Assembly (NCBI GenBank): GCA_045643765.1
Contig: JAZRFS010000033.1
Location: forward strand, 1-40,248
Origin: Eubacteriales bacterium
GTDB taxonomy: Bacteria > Bacillota > Clostridia > Oscillospirales > CAG-272
Direction: 5' to 3'
Length of the DNA stretch: 40,248 bases
Numbering within the stretch: position 1 is the first letter of the stretch; each line of letters starts with the position of its first letter. Positions 8,642 through 17,944 of the stretch are shown here, piece by piece. The notes under the pieces are model-generated. The model saw only the letters and a program-made list of their open reading frames with translations. It did not search any database and had not been told where the DNA came from. A program made the position numbers and the translations under genes.

Positions 8642-10221
8642 AACTGAATTACAAGCGCGTCATCTTCGTCGGCTTCGCCTTTTTCCTGATCTCGGCGTTC
8701 TGGCAGGCATACGACAGCATCGTGCCCAAGATCCTTACCGATAAATTCGGTCTGCCGCAGGTGTGGTCGGGTGCAATCATGGCGTTGGACAACATCTTCG
8801 CCCTGATCCTTTTGCCAATCTTCGGCGCTCTTTCCGACAAGGTAAACACCAAATTCGGTCGCCGCACGCCCTTCATTGTAATCGGTACCGTGGTCGCCGC
8901 CATTCTGCTGGTCGGTCTTTCCATTCCCGACAATGCACAGCTGAAAAATATCGAAAAGGTCACCGCCACCGAGGGTGTCGCCTACACCGAGGCGCTGGAT
9001 ACGCTGTATGATTTCAATCCCGAGATCAATGAAAGCGACGCGCTGGATGCCAAGAAAAAGCCGTTGCAGGAGATCTTCCCGAACCGTGCAGACTTCACCT
9101 CGATCCCCGTGACCGTGGAAAAGGACGGCGAGGACGTCACCAACGAGGATTATACCAACTTTGTCGTGCCCGCACGCCAGGCATACGCCGCAAGCGTGAC
9201 CACACAAAGCAAGGCACCACTGATCATCTTTATGGCGTTACTCTTCTTCACGCTGGTGGCAATGGGCACCTTCCGTTCCCCCGCCGTTGCACTGATGCCA
9301 GACGTCACGATCAAGCCCTTGCGCTCCAAAGCAAACGCCGTCATCAATCTGATGGGCACCGCCGGTGGCATTCTGGTACTGCTCTTAGGTATCATCTTCG
9401 GTACGGGTAAGGCGAAAAACGCCCTGATGAGCTATACCTCCTTCTTCGCCATCGTTGCAGGCGTGATGATGGTGGCTCTCGCCGTATTCCTGTGGAAGGT
9501 ACGCGAGGTAAAATGGGCAGATGAAATGCAGAAAGAAACCGAGCGTCTGGGTCTGGACCAGCCCGCAGAGCCCACCGAAGAGGCGGGAGAGGCACGCACG
9601 CTTTCCCGCAGCGAAAAGATCTCTCTTTTCCTGATCCTTGCCTCCGTTGTGTTCTGGTTTATGGGCTATAACGCCGTCACCAGCAAATATTCGGTTTATG
9701 CCAGCAACGTATTGGACGTGGACTACAACACCACACTGCTTATCGCACAGGCAGCCGCCATCGTGGCGTATCTGCCCGTCGGTATGCTCTCCTCCAAGCT
9801 TGGCAGAAAGAAAATGATCCTTGGCGGCGTTGTAATCCTCGGCACCTCCTTCTTTGGCGCATCCTTCCTCTCTGCCGGCAGCCCCGACGCGGTGAAAAAT
9901 ATTCTGATGCCCGTCCTCTTTGCCACCGCAGGCATCGGCTGGGCAACTATCAACGTCAACTCCTACCCGATGGTCGTAGAGCTTTCCCGCGGCTCGAACG
10001 TAGGTAAGTACACGGGCATTTATTACACCGCCAGTATGTCCGCACAGGTCATCACTCCCGTGCTTTCCGGCGTGTTCCTGGATATGAATATGCGCACCCT
10101 CTTCCCCTATGCAGCCATCTTCGTGGCGCTCGCCTTCTTCACGATGTTCTTCGTCCGCCACGGCGACGCAAAGCCCGAGGCAAAATCCGTGATGCTTGAC
10201 GCTATGGGAGGCGACGACTGA
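8638..10221 (+). CDS. MFS transporter (GPH/SLC45-like) with a ~95-aa hydrophilic insert after TM3
   Basis: ATGA start/stop overlap with the Nudix gene. About 12 TM segments. The loop 2-3 motif reads SDKVNTKFGRRTPF. Confidence 0.8.
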   Translation: MKLNYKRVIFVGFAFFLISAFWQAYDSIVPKILTDKFGLPQVWSGAIMALDNIFALILLPIFGALSDKVNTKFGRRTPFIVIGTVVAAILLVGLSIPDNAQLKNIEKVTATEGVAYTEALDTLYDFNPEINESDALDAKKKPLQEIFPNRADFTSIPVTVEKDGEDVTNEDYTNFVVPARQAYAASVTTQSKAPLIIFMALLFFTLVAMGTFRSPAVALMPDVTIKPLRSKANAVINLMGTAGGILVLLLGIIFGTGKAKNALMSYTSFFAIVAGVMMVALAVFLWKVREVKWADEMQKETERLGLDQPAEPTEEAGEARTLSRSEKISLFLILASVVFWFMGYNAVTSKYSVYASNVLDVDYNTTLLIAQAAAIVAYLPVGMLSSKLGRKKMILGGVVILGTSFFGASFLSAGSPDAVKNILMPVLFATAGIGWATINVNSYPMVVELSRGSNVGKYTGIYYTASMSAQVITPVLSGVFLDMNMRTLFPYAAIFVALAFFTMFFVRHGDAKPEAKSVMLDAMGGDD

Positions 10222-11072
10222 TGAAATGGTATTTCATCCTTCTGATCGCGTTTTTCGCTACCGTTTTGGCACTTTTTGCGCTGTGGCTGTTCCTCATCGC
10301 GCCGCGCGCAAGAAAAAAAGACGTGCAGCCCTTCCTTCGCCCCTATGCCCACCGCGGGCTTTGGGGCGAAGGGCTCCCCGAAAACTCGCTCGGTGCCTTC
10401 CGCGCCGCCGCCGACAAGGGCTTTGCCATTGAGCTGGATATCCAGCTTTCCGCCGACGGCGAGGTGATGGTTTTCCACGACTACACGCTGGATCGCGTGT
10501 GCGGTCGCACGGGAAAAATCTGCGAGCTTAGCGCCGCCGAGCTTGGCAATATCCCCCTTGACGGTGTGGAAAACGAGCATATTCCCACCTTGCGCGAGGT
10601 GCTTGAGGCGGTAGACGGACGCGTGCCGCTTCTGATTGAATTGAAGGGGGAAAGCGGCAATACCGCCCTTGTGCCCGCCGCCCTTGCGGTGTTGAAGGAT
10701 TACAGGGGGCTTTGGTGTATGGAAAGCTTCAATCCGCTCCTTTTGCACGCAGTAAAACGCCACGCGCCGCACGTGGTGCGGGGTCTTCTTTCCACCAATC
10801 TGCTCAAAGAAAAAAAGAGCGGCTCTAAGCTGCTCAACTTCGCGCTTTCCGCGCATCTTCTCAATTTTCTTTGCCGTCCCGCATTCCTTGCCTCCGACAA
10901 AAAATATATGCGTCGCGCGGGATTGCGCGCGGGAACTGTGCTGTTCGGTGCTGCGCCCGTCGTTTACACCGTAAAAAATGAAGCGGACTACAACGCCTTT
11001 CTAAAAGCGGGCGTGTCCCCGATTTTTGATGAGTTTTGCCCCGTGGCGGACGGAAACGGAGAAAAACGATGA
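10221..11072 (+). CDS. Membrane-anchored glycerophosphodiester phosphodiesterase family protein
   Basis: One N-terminal TM helix, then the GDPD motifs YAHRGLWG..PENSL.AF, ELDIQLSADGEVMVFHD and LLIELK. Confidence 0.85.
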   Translation: MKWYFILLIAFFATVLALFALWLFLIAPRARKKDVQPFLRPYAHRGLWGEGLPENSLGAFRAAADKGFAIELDIQLSADGEVMVFHDYTLDRVCGRTGKICELSAAELGNIPLDGVENEHIPTLREVLEAVDGRVPLLIELKGESGNTALVPAALAVLKDYRGLWCMESFNPLLLHAVKRHAPHVVRGLLSTNLLKEKKSGSKLLNFALSAHLLNFLCRPAFLASDKKYMRRAGLRAGTVLFGAAPVVYTVKNEADYNAFLKAGVSPIFDEFCPVADGNGEKR

Positions 11073-11962
11073 ACGAGCGTCTTCTCCCACGCATAAAGCT
11101 TCTTTGTGCGATGCTGATCTTCGGCAGTATCGCCGTGTTCGTCAAAAACATTCCCCTTCCCTCGGCAGAGATCGCGCTGTTCCGCGCGCTCCTTGCCATC
11201 GCCGTGATCGGGCTTGTCCTGGTACTTAAGAAAACCAATCCCGTCAAGGGGCTAAATCGCAAAACGCTGCTCTTTTTGCTGCTTTCCGGCGCGGCAATGG
11301 GCTTCAACTGGATCCTGCTTTTCGAGGCGTACAACTATACCACGACCTCGATCGCCACGCTGTGCTACTACTTCGCCCCCGTGCTGGTGACGGTCTTGTG
11401 CCCCTTCTTGTTCCGCGAGAAAATGACCGTGAAGCAGGGTGTGTGCTTTGCCGCCTCTACGGTCGGCGTGGTACTGATCGTGGGTGTATCGGGCGGCGGT
11501 GGCGGCAATCCGCTGACAGGCGTACTGCTTTCACTCGGCGCTGCCGTGCTTTACGCCACCGTCGTGCTTTTCAACAAGGGCATTGCAGGTGTAGACGGCA
11601 TTTCCCGCACCTTTTTGCAATTCTGTGCCGCCGCACTGGTGCTCACGCCTTACGTGGCGCTCACGGGTGGCTTTGAGATCGCCACAATCGACCTCAAGGG
11701 GCTTTGCTTCCTGCTTGCCGTGGGCATCATCCACTCGGGGCTTGCGTATTGTTTGTATTTTTCCTCTCTGCGTCATATGCGCGGTCAGGAGGCGTCGCTG
11801 CTTTCCTATGCAGACCCGCTGCTTGCCGTGATCCTTTCCGTCACACTTCTGCAGGAAGCGATCACCGTATGGCAGATCGTGGGCGGCGTGCTGATCCTTG
11901 GATTTTCCATTCTCAACGAGATTGAATTCAGGAAGAAAACGACCGACACCCCCGAAGCATAA
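11069..11962 (+). CDS. EamA/DMT-family transporter
   Basis: ATGA overlap with the GDPD gene. Ten predicted TM helices arranged as two EamA-like halves. Confidence 0.8.
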   Translation: MNERLLPRIKLLCAMLIFGSIAVFVKNIPLPSAEIALFRALLAIAVIGLVLVLKKTNPVKGLNRKTLLFLLLSGAAMGFNWILLFEAYNYTTTSIATLCYYFAPVLVTVLCPFLFREKMTVKQGVCFAASTVGVVLIVGVSGGGGGNPLTGVLLSLGAAVLYATVVLFNKGIAGVDGISRTFLQFCAAALVLTPYVALTGGFEIATIDLKGLCFLLAVGIIHSGLAYCLYFSSLRHMRGQEASLLSYADPLLAVILSVTLLQEAITVWQIVGGVLILGFSILNEIEFRKKTTDTPEA

Positions 11963-11968
11963 CGAAAT

Positions 11969-12005
11969 ATCCCGCAAGGTGTCATTACGCACTTTGCGGG
12001 ATTTT
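11969..12005 (+). terminator. Terminator of the Nudix-EamA operon
   Basis: TCCCGCAA...TTGCGGGA followed by TTTT. Confidence 0.7.
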
Positions 12006-12089
12006 CACTATAATCAGACCTCCCCCCCGCACACCAATTTTGTATAAGAGGGCGAAATCTTCGGCAATCTGCCCAAAATCGCGGAATTA

Positions 12090-12124
12090 CTGACAATTTT
12101 GGAGCGGAAGGTGATATAATCACC
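12090..12124 (+). promoter_or_regulatory. Extended -10 promoter overlapped by a perfect inverted repeat
   Basis: TGaTATAAT lies at 12112-12120, with a weak CTGACA -35 element 19 nt upstream. GGTGAT-ATA-ATCACC (12110-12124) is a perfect 6+6 palindrome centred on the -10 element and could be an operator. Confidence 0.5.
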
Positions 12125-12157
12125 TTAACCAAAACCCTCTTGCAAAGGAGTATGCTT

Positions 12158-14455
12158 ATGAAAACCAAAACAAGTCAGGAAACGTGCACCCTTGCGCTGA
12201 ACGGCGCTACCGTGGCGTATGCGCCCTCCGCCGCCGAAACGGCAGGCTACGTCCGCGTGATCGAAGCACTGGCCAAAGCACTCGGCGGCAATGCCGTACC
12301 GATGGCACAGGCGGATGGCTACAAGGTGTTGGTCGGCGCTACCGAAAAGACCGGCAAGCTGCTTGCGGACAAGCACAGCGCCTTCGCCATTTGCGCAGAT
12401 ACAAAAACGGTCACCCTTTGCGGCACCAATGCACTGACCACCCTGATGGCAGTACAGTATTTCAAGAAAAATCTGATCGGCAAGGAGCTCCCCGCCACCA
12501 CCGTGGTCGAGGATATTTCCACGCTCACACTGGCGGATGCCCAAAAATGCTACGCGACCTTTGTGTACGGCGCGCAGCTTTACGATAAGCCCTATCACCC
12601 CATTCCCGAGTTGGTCTACACCTATCGCAACTGGGAGATGCGTGATATGCCCTGCGTGCGCGTGGACGAGGCGATCAAGGCGCTTGCCGAGCATACAGGC
12701 CTTGACGTGGAAAAGGATTTTGCCATCGGCAAGGACGATGCGCCCGAAAACGGGCTTGAGGTGATCATCGGCATCTCCTCCCGCCCCAACACGCGCGCGG
12801 CACTGGAGGCAATGGACGGCGGCGAGTACGCCACAACGGTCACCGAAAACGCCGTAGTGATCACGGGCTGGAACTACGCTTCTCTTGATCTTGCATACGA
12901 GCTGTTTATTGATCTGCTGAAGGAAGCAGACGCCTGCAAGGGCACGGACGGTGCGATCCATTTACCCGTTGGGCTTTCCTTCACCGATACGGCAAACGCC
13001 GCGTGGGTAGTGGATTTCCCGAAGCCTGCGGGCGAGAACATCTGGTTGTTCAACACGTTGGACACCAACGACAATTCCCTGCAATACCTGTATAAGGGCG
13101 CGACCAAGGAGGATTATCTTACCTACCGCGAAGCGCTGTTGGGATACGGCTATACCCCCATCACGGAAAACGAGATCGAGGGGAGCCTGTTCTCCACACT
13201 TGTCAACCGCGACAAGGGCGTGATGCTTTACATTGCCTTTGAGGCATTTGCGCACGAGGGCGAGTACGCCCCCGACTTCACCCCCTCGATCCGCATCGTT
13301 TCCTCTCCGCTTGCCACGGTGGCAGAGCCCCCCGCGGCGATCCTTACTCCCGCCGCCTTTGAGAAGGTGACAGACAGCGCCGTGACCAACGTGGAGGTCA
13401 TCGGACAGGCCGTAGGTATGGGCTATATCATCACGCTGGAGGACGGCAGCTTCATCGTCTTTGACGGCGGCGGACTGAACCCCGACCACCGCGAGCCGGG
13501 CATCCTTTGGAACCTGCTCAACGTCCGCTACCAGCAGATCTACGGGGAAGCGCCCACCCCCGAGCGTCCCATTCACGTGGCGGCATGGATCATCACCCAC
13601 TCGCACTGGGATCATTACGGCGCGTTCCGCGAATTCATCGACAAGTACGGCAAGAGCGAGCTGTTCAAGATGGATTACATGATCGGCAACTTCCCCTCTC
13701 GCAGCTCGGTATTCGGCATCGTTAACGCGGATATTCTGAACATGGGCTCTAAGGAAGTGATGGACCGTCTGCACGCCGGCATGCGCGAGGATTTCACCTT
13801 CCTGAAGGTGCACGCGGGACAGAAATTCTATTTCGCCAATCTGGAAATGGAGGTGCTGATGACCTACGATAACATCAGCCCCGCCCGTATCTATAACCAA
13901 AACGATACCTCCACCATTCTGCGCTTCTCGATGCAGGCAACGAACGAGGCGGGCGAGAAGGTCGGCAAGCCCTATATCATGCTGTGGCTTGGTGATGCGA
14001 ACAACAACGAGAGCCGCTTCCTTTGCGCGATGTACGGCAAGTATCTGGCAGCCAACTCGACGTCGCTGGCGCACCACGGCAACATCGGTTGCGAAAACGA
14101 TCTTTACAACACCATCAAGGCAACCACCGTCTGGTGGCCGCACAACGCGCGCGGCGCGAAGGGCTACCTCTGGGAGGAGCATCGCACAAAAAGCTGGGTA
14201 TATGACGTTGACCAGACGCTGATCTTCGACAATCCCCACACCCGTTACGTCTATTTCTCGGGCAGCTATGCTCGCGTTGACGACAAGACAGCCGTTCCCT
14301 TCGGTCTGCACCTCACGCTCCCCTTCGGCAAGGACGGACAGCCCTTGCATGACGAGATCTTCGACACGATGCGCGGCCCCATCTACAAGATCCCCTATGC
14401 CCCCTATGACAGAAATTGCCCCGTGGCGATGAAGATCGAGAAGAATTTCAAATAA
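12158..14455 (+). CDS. 765-aa cytoplasmic fusion protein with a C-terminal ComEC-type metallo-beta-lactamase fold; function unknown
   Basis: The ATG at 12158 lies 7 nt after an AAAGGAG RBS. The MBL motif reads WIITHSHWDHYG, and a later LWLGDANN...LAHHGN block resembles the ComEC C-terminal domain. There is no signal peptide. The N-terminal ~430 aa are not recognisable to me. Confidence 0.75.
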   Translation: MKTKTSQETCTLALNGATVAYAPSAAETAGYVRVIEALAKALGGNAVPMAQADGYKVLVGATEKTGKLLADKHSAFAICADTKTVTLCGTNALTTLMAVQYFKKNLIGKELPATTVVEDISTLTLADAQKCYATFVYGAQLYDKPYHPIPELVYTYRNWEMRDMPCVRVDEAIKALAEHTGLDVEKDFAIGKDDAPENGLEVIIGISSRPNTRAALEAMDGGEYATTVTENAVVITGWNYASLDLAYELFIDLLKEADACKGTDGAIHLPVGLSFTDTANAAWVVDFPKPAGENIWLFNTLDTNDNSLQYLYKGATKEDYLTYREALLGYGYTPITENEIEGSLFSTLVNRDKGVMLYIAFEAFAHEGEYAPDFTPSIRIVSSPLATVAEPPAAILTPAAFEKVTDSAVTNVEVIGQAVGMGYIITLEDGSFIVFDGGGLNPDHREPGILWNLLNVRYQQIYGEAPTPERPIHVAAWIITHSHWDHYGAFREFIDKYGKSELFKMDYMIGNFPSRSSVFGIVNADILNMGSKEVMDRLHAGMREDFTFLKVHAGQKFYFANLEMEVLMTYDNISPARIYNQNDTSTILRFSMQATNEAGEKVGKPYIMLWLGDANNNESRFLCAMYGKYLAANSTSLAHHGNIGCENDLYNTIKATTVWWPHNARGAKGYLWEEHRTKSWVYDVDQTLIFDNPHTRYVYFSGSYARVDDKTAVPFGLHLTLPFGKDGQPLHDEIFDTMRGPIYKIPYAPYDRNCPVAMKIEKNFK

Positions 14456-14464
14456 GACAAACAA

Positions 14465-14501
14465 CAAAAAAGAGGAAAGCGTTTCGCTTTCCTCTTTTTT
14501 T
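14465..14501. terminator. Bidirectional terminator between the MBL gene and dapB
   Basis: AAAAAAGAGGAAAGCG-TTT-CGCTTTCCTCTTTTTTT. Confidence 0.85.
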
Positions 14502-14508
14502 ATGAAGA

Positions 14509-15258
14509 TCAAAGATTTCCGATCACATCGTCCATATTGTAAAAGCCGGGACCCTTGCCCTGCATGAAGCGGGCGGCGCGGAGCGCACCCGTGGCAAACA
14601 CCTCACGGGAGGCGGCACTGTGCGAGAGGGTCACGATCTCGTTTTGACCGCAGAACATCACCTCGTGCTCACCGACAATGTTGCCGCCGCGTACGGCGTG
14701 CAAGCCGATCTCGCCCTTCTCGCGCTTTTTGCGCACGGCGTGGCGGTCGTATACGTAAGGATGCTCGGCGTTCTCACAAAGCGCATCCGCAATCATCAGC
14801 GCAGTGCCCGAGGGCGCGTCCAGCTTCTGGTTATGGTGCTTTTCGATGATCTCGATGTCAAAATCCTCACCAAGCGTGGCAGCCGCGCGGCGGCAAAGAG
14901 AGATGAGCAGATTGATGCCAAGCGACATATTGCGCGAGAAGAATACGGCAACCTGCTCGGACGCCTTTTTCATCATCTCCATCTCCTCCTCGGTATGTCC
15001 CGTGGTACAGACGACCAGGGGCGTACCCGTGCGCGTAGCGTAGGCAAGAAGCCCCGCAAGGGCGCTGTGGTGAGAGAAATCGATCATCACGTCGGCGTGA
15101 CCCGTGAACTCCTCGGGCGAGGTAAACACGGGATAGGTCGTCGCAGCGGTGGGGCAGACGTCAACGCCTGCCACGATGCGATCCCCTGCGGCAACAGCCG
15201 CCGAGGCAACGGCGGCGCCCATGCGCCCGCCGCAGCCGCAAAGCAAAATATTCAGCAT
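14509..15258 (-). CDS. dapB: 4-hydroxy-tetrahydrodipicolinate reductase
   Basis: N-terminal GCGGRMG dinucleotide fold and the signature EIIEKHHNQKLDAPSGTAL. Confidence 0.95.
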   Translation of the reverse strand: MLNILLCGCGGRMGAAVASAAVAAGDRIVAGVDVCPTAATTYPVFTSPEEFTGHADVMIDFSHHSALAGLLAYATRTGTPLVVCTTGHTEEEMEMMKKASEQVAVFFSRNMSLGINLLISLCRRAAATLGEDFDIEIIEKHHNQKLDAPSGTALMIADALCENAEHPYVYDRHAVRKKREKGEIGLHAVRGGNIVGEHEVMFCGQNEIVTLSHSAASREVFATGALRAARFMQGKGPGFYNMDDVIGNL

Positions 15259-15280
15259 ACTAAACTTCCTCTCAAAAAAA

Positions 15281-16174
15281 TCAGATCAGACCGTATTCGC
15301 GCATCACGCCCTTGAGCTTTTCCAGGTTGGCGGGCTCCATCTCGCAAAGGGGCAGACGGATCTCGGGGCCGCAGATATCCATCAGCACGGAGGCGGCCTT
15401 TACGGGAACGGGGTTGACCTCGCAGAACAGCGTGTTCATCAGTTTCAAGTACTTGAGCTGCATCTCGGCACCCGTCTTGAAGTCACCTGCAAGGCAAGCG
15501 GCGCACAGATCGTGCGTTTCACGGGGCATGATACCGGAGAACACGGAGATAACGCCCTTGCCGCCAAGCGACATGATCGGCACGATCTGGTCATCGTTGC
15601 CGGAGTACCCGTCAAGGCTATCGCCGCACTCTGCCAACAGCTCGGCGATGGCGGAAAGGTTGCCCGATGCTTCCTTTACGGCAACGATGCGCTCGTGCTT
15701 GGCAAGCTCGCGGTAAACGGGCAGCGTGATGTTCACGCCCGTGCGAGAGGGCACGTTGTAAAGAATGATGGGCTTATCCGTTGCCTCGGCAGTCGCGAGG
15801 AAGTTTTGGATCAGACCCTTGGGGGTTGCCTTGTTGTAGTAGGGGGTAACGAGCAAGAGCGCGTCACAGCCGACCTCGCAGGCGTATCTGGAAAGCTCGA
15901 TACCGTACGCGGTGTCGTTGGAGCCGGTGCCGGCGATCACGGGCACGCGGCCTGCGGTGTATTCTGCCGCAAAGCGCAGAAGGTCGCAGTGCTCCTCGTG
16001 CGTGAGCGTCGCCGCCTCACCCGTGGTGCCTGCCACCACGATGGCGTCGATGCCACCGGCGATCTGCGCGTCGATCAGCTTGCCAAAGCTTTCAAAGTCG
16101 ATGGCGCCGTTCTTGAAGGGGGTCACAAGCGCGGTAGCCGCGCCCTCAAAAATAGATTTCTTCAGTTTGCTCAT
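15281..16174 (-). CDS. dapA: 4-hydroxy-tetrahydrodipicolinate synthase
   Basis: Start at MSKLKKSIFEG (AGAGAGGAA RBS). ALVTPF, GTTGEA and the Schiff-base lysine context VAVKEASG are present. The track ORF's upstream extension to 16303 overlaps the riboswitch terminator. Confidence 0.95.
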   Translation of the reverse strand: MSKLKKSIFEGAATALVTPFKNGAIDFESFGKLIDAQIAGGIDAIVVAGTTGEAATLTHEEHCDLLRFAAEYTAGRVPVIAGTGSNDTAYGIELSRYACEVGCDALLLVTPYYNKATPKGLIQNFLATAEATDKPIILYNVPSRTGVNITLPVYRELAKHERIVAVKEASGNLSAIAELLAECGDSLDGYSGNDDQIVPIMSLGGKGVISVFSGIMPRETHDLCAACLAGDFKTGAEMQLKYLKLMNTLFCEVNPVPVKAASVLMDICGPEIRLPLCEMEPANLEKLKGVMREYGLI

Positions 16175-16223
16175 GGTTTGTTCCTCTCTTGCGGAAAATT
16201 TTGCCGGGTTTGCGGGAAAAACA

Positions 16224-16256
16224 CAAAAAAATAAAAAAACTGGTTGAAAACCAGCT
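16224..16256 (-). terminator. Expression-platform terminator of the lysine riboswitch
   Basis: The minus-strand RNA reads CUGGUU-UUC-AACCAG followed by U7AU7, about 50 nt upstream of the dapA start. Confidence 0.7.
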
Positions 16257-16323
16257 GCAGTTGTACTATAATATAGGTAGTGTGTCCACACCCCCGGCAA
16301 CATACAGATAGCTCTCCATCAAA

Positions 16324-16469
16324 ACTGACGACAGTTCCACAGCTTTGAACCGTGCGAACCAGCAAGCCGCTCTCCGCGATAAGCTCACTTCGGCACTCTG
16401 TGCTCCCGTAGGGACTGCAAGCGGCTGCGGTGCCTTGCCCCGACGAGGTCGCAGTGTGCGCCTCTATCA
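16324..16469 (-). promoter_or_regulatory. Lysine riboswitch (L-box) aptamer controlling dapA-dapB
   Basis: The minus strand reads GATAGAGGCGCAC...GGGAGCACAGAGTGCCGAAG...CTGGTTCGC...GTGGAACTGTCGTCAG. This reproduces the conserved L-box blocks AGAGGCGC, GGGAGC, GCCGAAG, CTGG and GGAACTGTC. Coordinates are +/-2 nt. Confidence 0.85.
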
Positions 16470-16505
16470 TTATATTATGTTTTTCCGACGAACTTCGTCC
16501 CCTTC

Positions 16506-16534
16506 ATATTAACATATCATCACGCGCTTGTCAA
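16506..16534 (-). promoter_or_regulatory. Promoter of the L-box-dapAB transcript
   Basis: On the minus strand: TTGACA, a 17-nt spacer, then TAATAT, about 40 nt upstream of the aptamer. Confidence 0.65.
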
Positions 16535-16570
16535 TGCTTTTTGCAAAAAAAGTCAAGCGGAAAGGAAATT

Positions 16571-17650
16571 ATGGCAAACACGATCCGAAACAACCTCACT
16601 CCCACCGATCTGAAAACCTCGGATTTTTACTATGACCTGCCCGAGGAGCGCATCGCGCAGCACCCGATGGAACAGCGCGACCACTCACGTCTGATGGTGC
16701 TTGATCGCAAGTCGAACACCCTTGACCACAAGCATTTTTACGATATTCTCGATTATCTGCGCGAGGGCGACGTGCTTGTCATCAACGACTCAAAGGTCAT
16801 TCCCGCGCGTCTGTACGGTCACGCCGAGGGACGCCCCGACGCAAAGATTGAGCTTTTGTTGCTCCGTCAGCGCGACCTGGATACCTGGGAATGTCTGGTC
16901 AAGCCCGGCAAGCGCGCGCGCCTTGGCGCCAGAATGGTGTTTGGTGACGGACTGCTCACAGGCACCGTGACCGACATCGTGGAGGAGGGCAACCGCTATA
17001 TCCACTTTGATTACGACCGCGAAAATAACGCGAATATTTACGATATTCTGCACCGCATCGGCATGATGCCTCTGCCCCCCTACATCACCGAGCTCCTCAC
17101 GGACAACAGCCGCTATCAGACGGTCTATGCGCGCGAGGAGGGCTCTGCCGCCGCGCCCACCGCAGGGCTGCATTTCACCCCCGAGCTGTTGCAAAAGGTG
17201 CGCGAGCGTGGCGTTGCCATTGCGCCCGTGATGCTGCACGTGGGACTTGGCACCTTCCGTCCCGTGAAGGCGGATCGCGTGGACGAGCACGTGATGCATA
17301 CCGAGTATATTTCGGTTTCTAAAGAGAGCGCCGATCTTATCAACGCGCGCCGCGCCGCGGGCGGACGCGTGATTGCCGTGGGCACCACGTCCTGCCGTAC
17401 GCTGGAAAGTGTGACGGATGAAAACGGCATTGTACGCCCCATTTCCGGGGATACGGGCATCTTTATCTACCCCGGCTACCGCTTCCGCGCCGTAGATGCC
17501 CTCATCACCAACTTCCATCTACCCGAAAGCACACTTGTGATGCTGGTTTCCGCCTTTTACGATCGTGATCACGTGCTGGCTGCATACAAGGAAGCCGTGG
17601 AAAAGGAGTATCGCTTCTTCTCCTTTGGAGATGCGATGCTGATCGTATAA
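16571..17650 (+). CDS. queA: S-adenosylmethionine:tRNA ribosyltransferase-isomerase
   Basis: Start at MANTIRNN (AAAGGAAA RBS). [33 protein letters not shown] and [10 protein letters not shown] are present. Confidence 0.95.
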   Translation: MANTIRNNLTPTDLKTSDFYYDLPEERIAQHPMEQRDHSRLMVLDRKSNTLDHKHFYDILDYLREGDVLVINDSKVIPARLYGHAEGRPDAKIELLLLRQRDLDTWECLVKPGKRARLGARMVFGDGLLTGTVTDIVEEGNRYIHFDYDRENNANIYDILHRIGMMPLPPYITELLTDNSRYQTVYAREEGSAAAPTAGLHFTPELLQKVRERGVAIAPVMLHVGLGTFRPVKADRVDEHVMHTEYISVSKESADLINARRAAGGRVIAVGTTSCRTLESVTDENGIVRPISGDTGIFIYPGYRFRAVDALITNFHLPESTLVMLVSAFYDRDHVLAAYKEAVEKEYRFFSFGDAMLIV

Positions 17651-17702
17651 ATCGCCCCGTTTTGGGGTATAATCTCTACATTACTGAAAGGGGGGACGTG
17701 AT

Positions 17703-17942
17703 ATGCCTCTTGCCGATATCCTTTCCGAGGTTGCGCGCGGTGCGCTGGCACTGCTTGTCGCTTCGCTTGCCATTTACCTGTCGCTTCGCCTGCTGGGAAA
17801 GATCGCCAAATTTGTGATCGCGGTCATCGTGATCGCCCTTATCATCTATTTCGTATTCTTTGCCACCGATATCGCCGAAACGGTAAAAAACGCCGTTTTA
17901 TCGCTTCCCTCTTGGTCTGACTTTTTCAGAAAGGGGGCATAA
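17703..17942 (+). CDS. 79-aa two-TM membrane protein, uncharacterised
   Basis: GAAAGGGGGGA RBS and two hydrophobic helices. The stop lies 2 nt before the miaA GTG start. Confidence 0.6.
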   Translation: MPLADILSEVARGALALLVASLAIYLSLRLLGKIAKFVIAVIVIALIIYFVFFATDIAETVKNAVLSLPSWSDFFRKGA

Positions 17943-17944
17943 CG

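Noticed and set aside
16171-16470. A 99-aa minus-strand ORF upstream of dapA.
   Set aside because: It coincides with the lysine riboswitch aptamer and its terminator. The RNA element explains the sequence better than a coding frame does.
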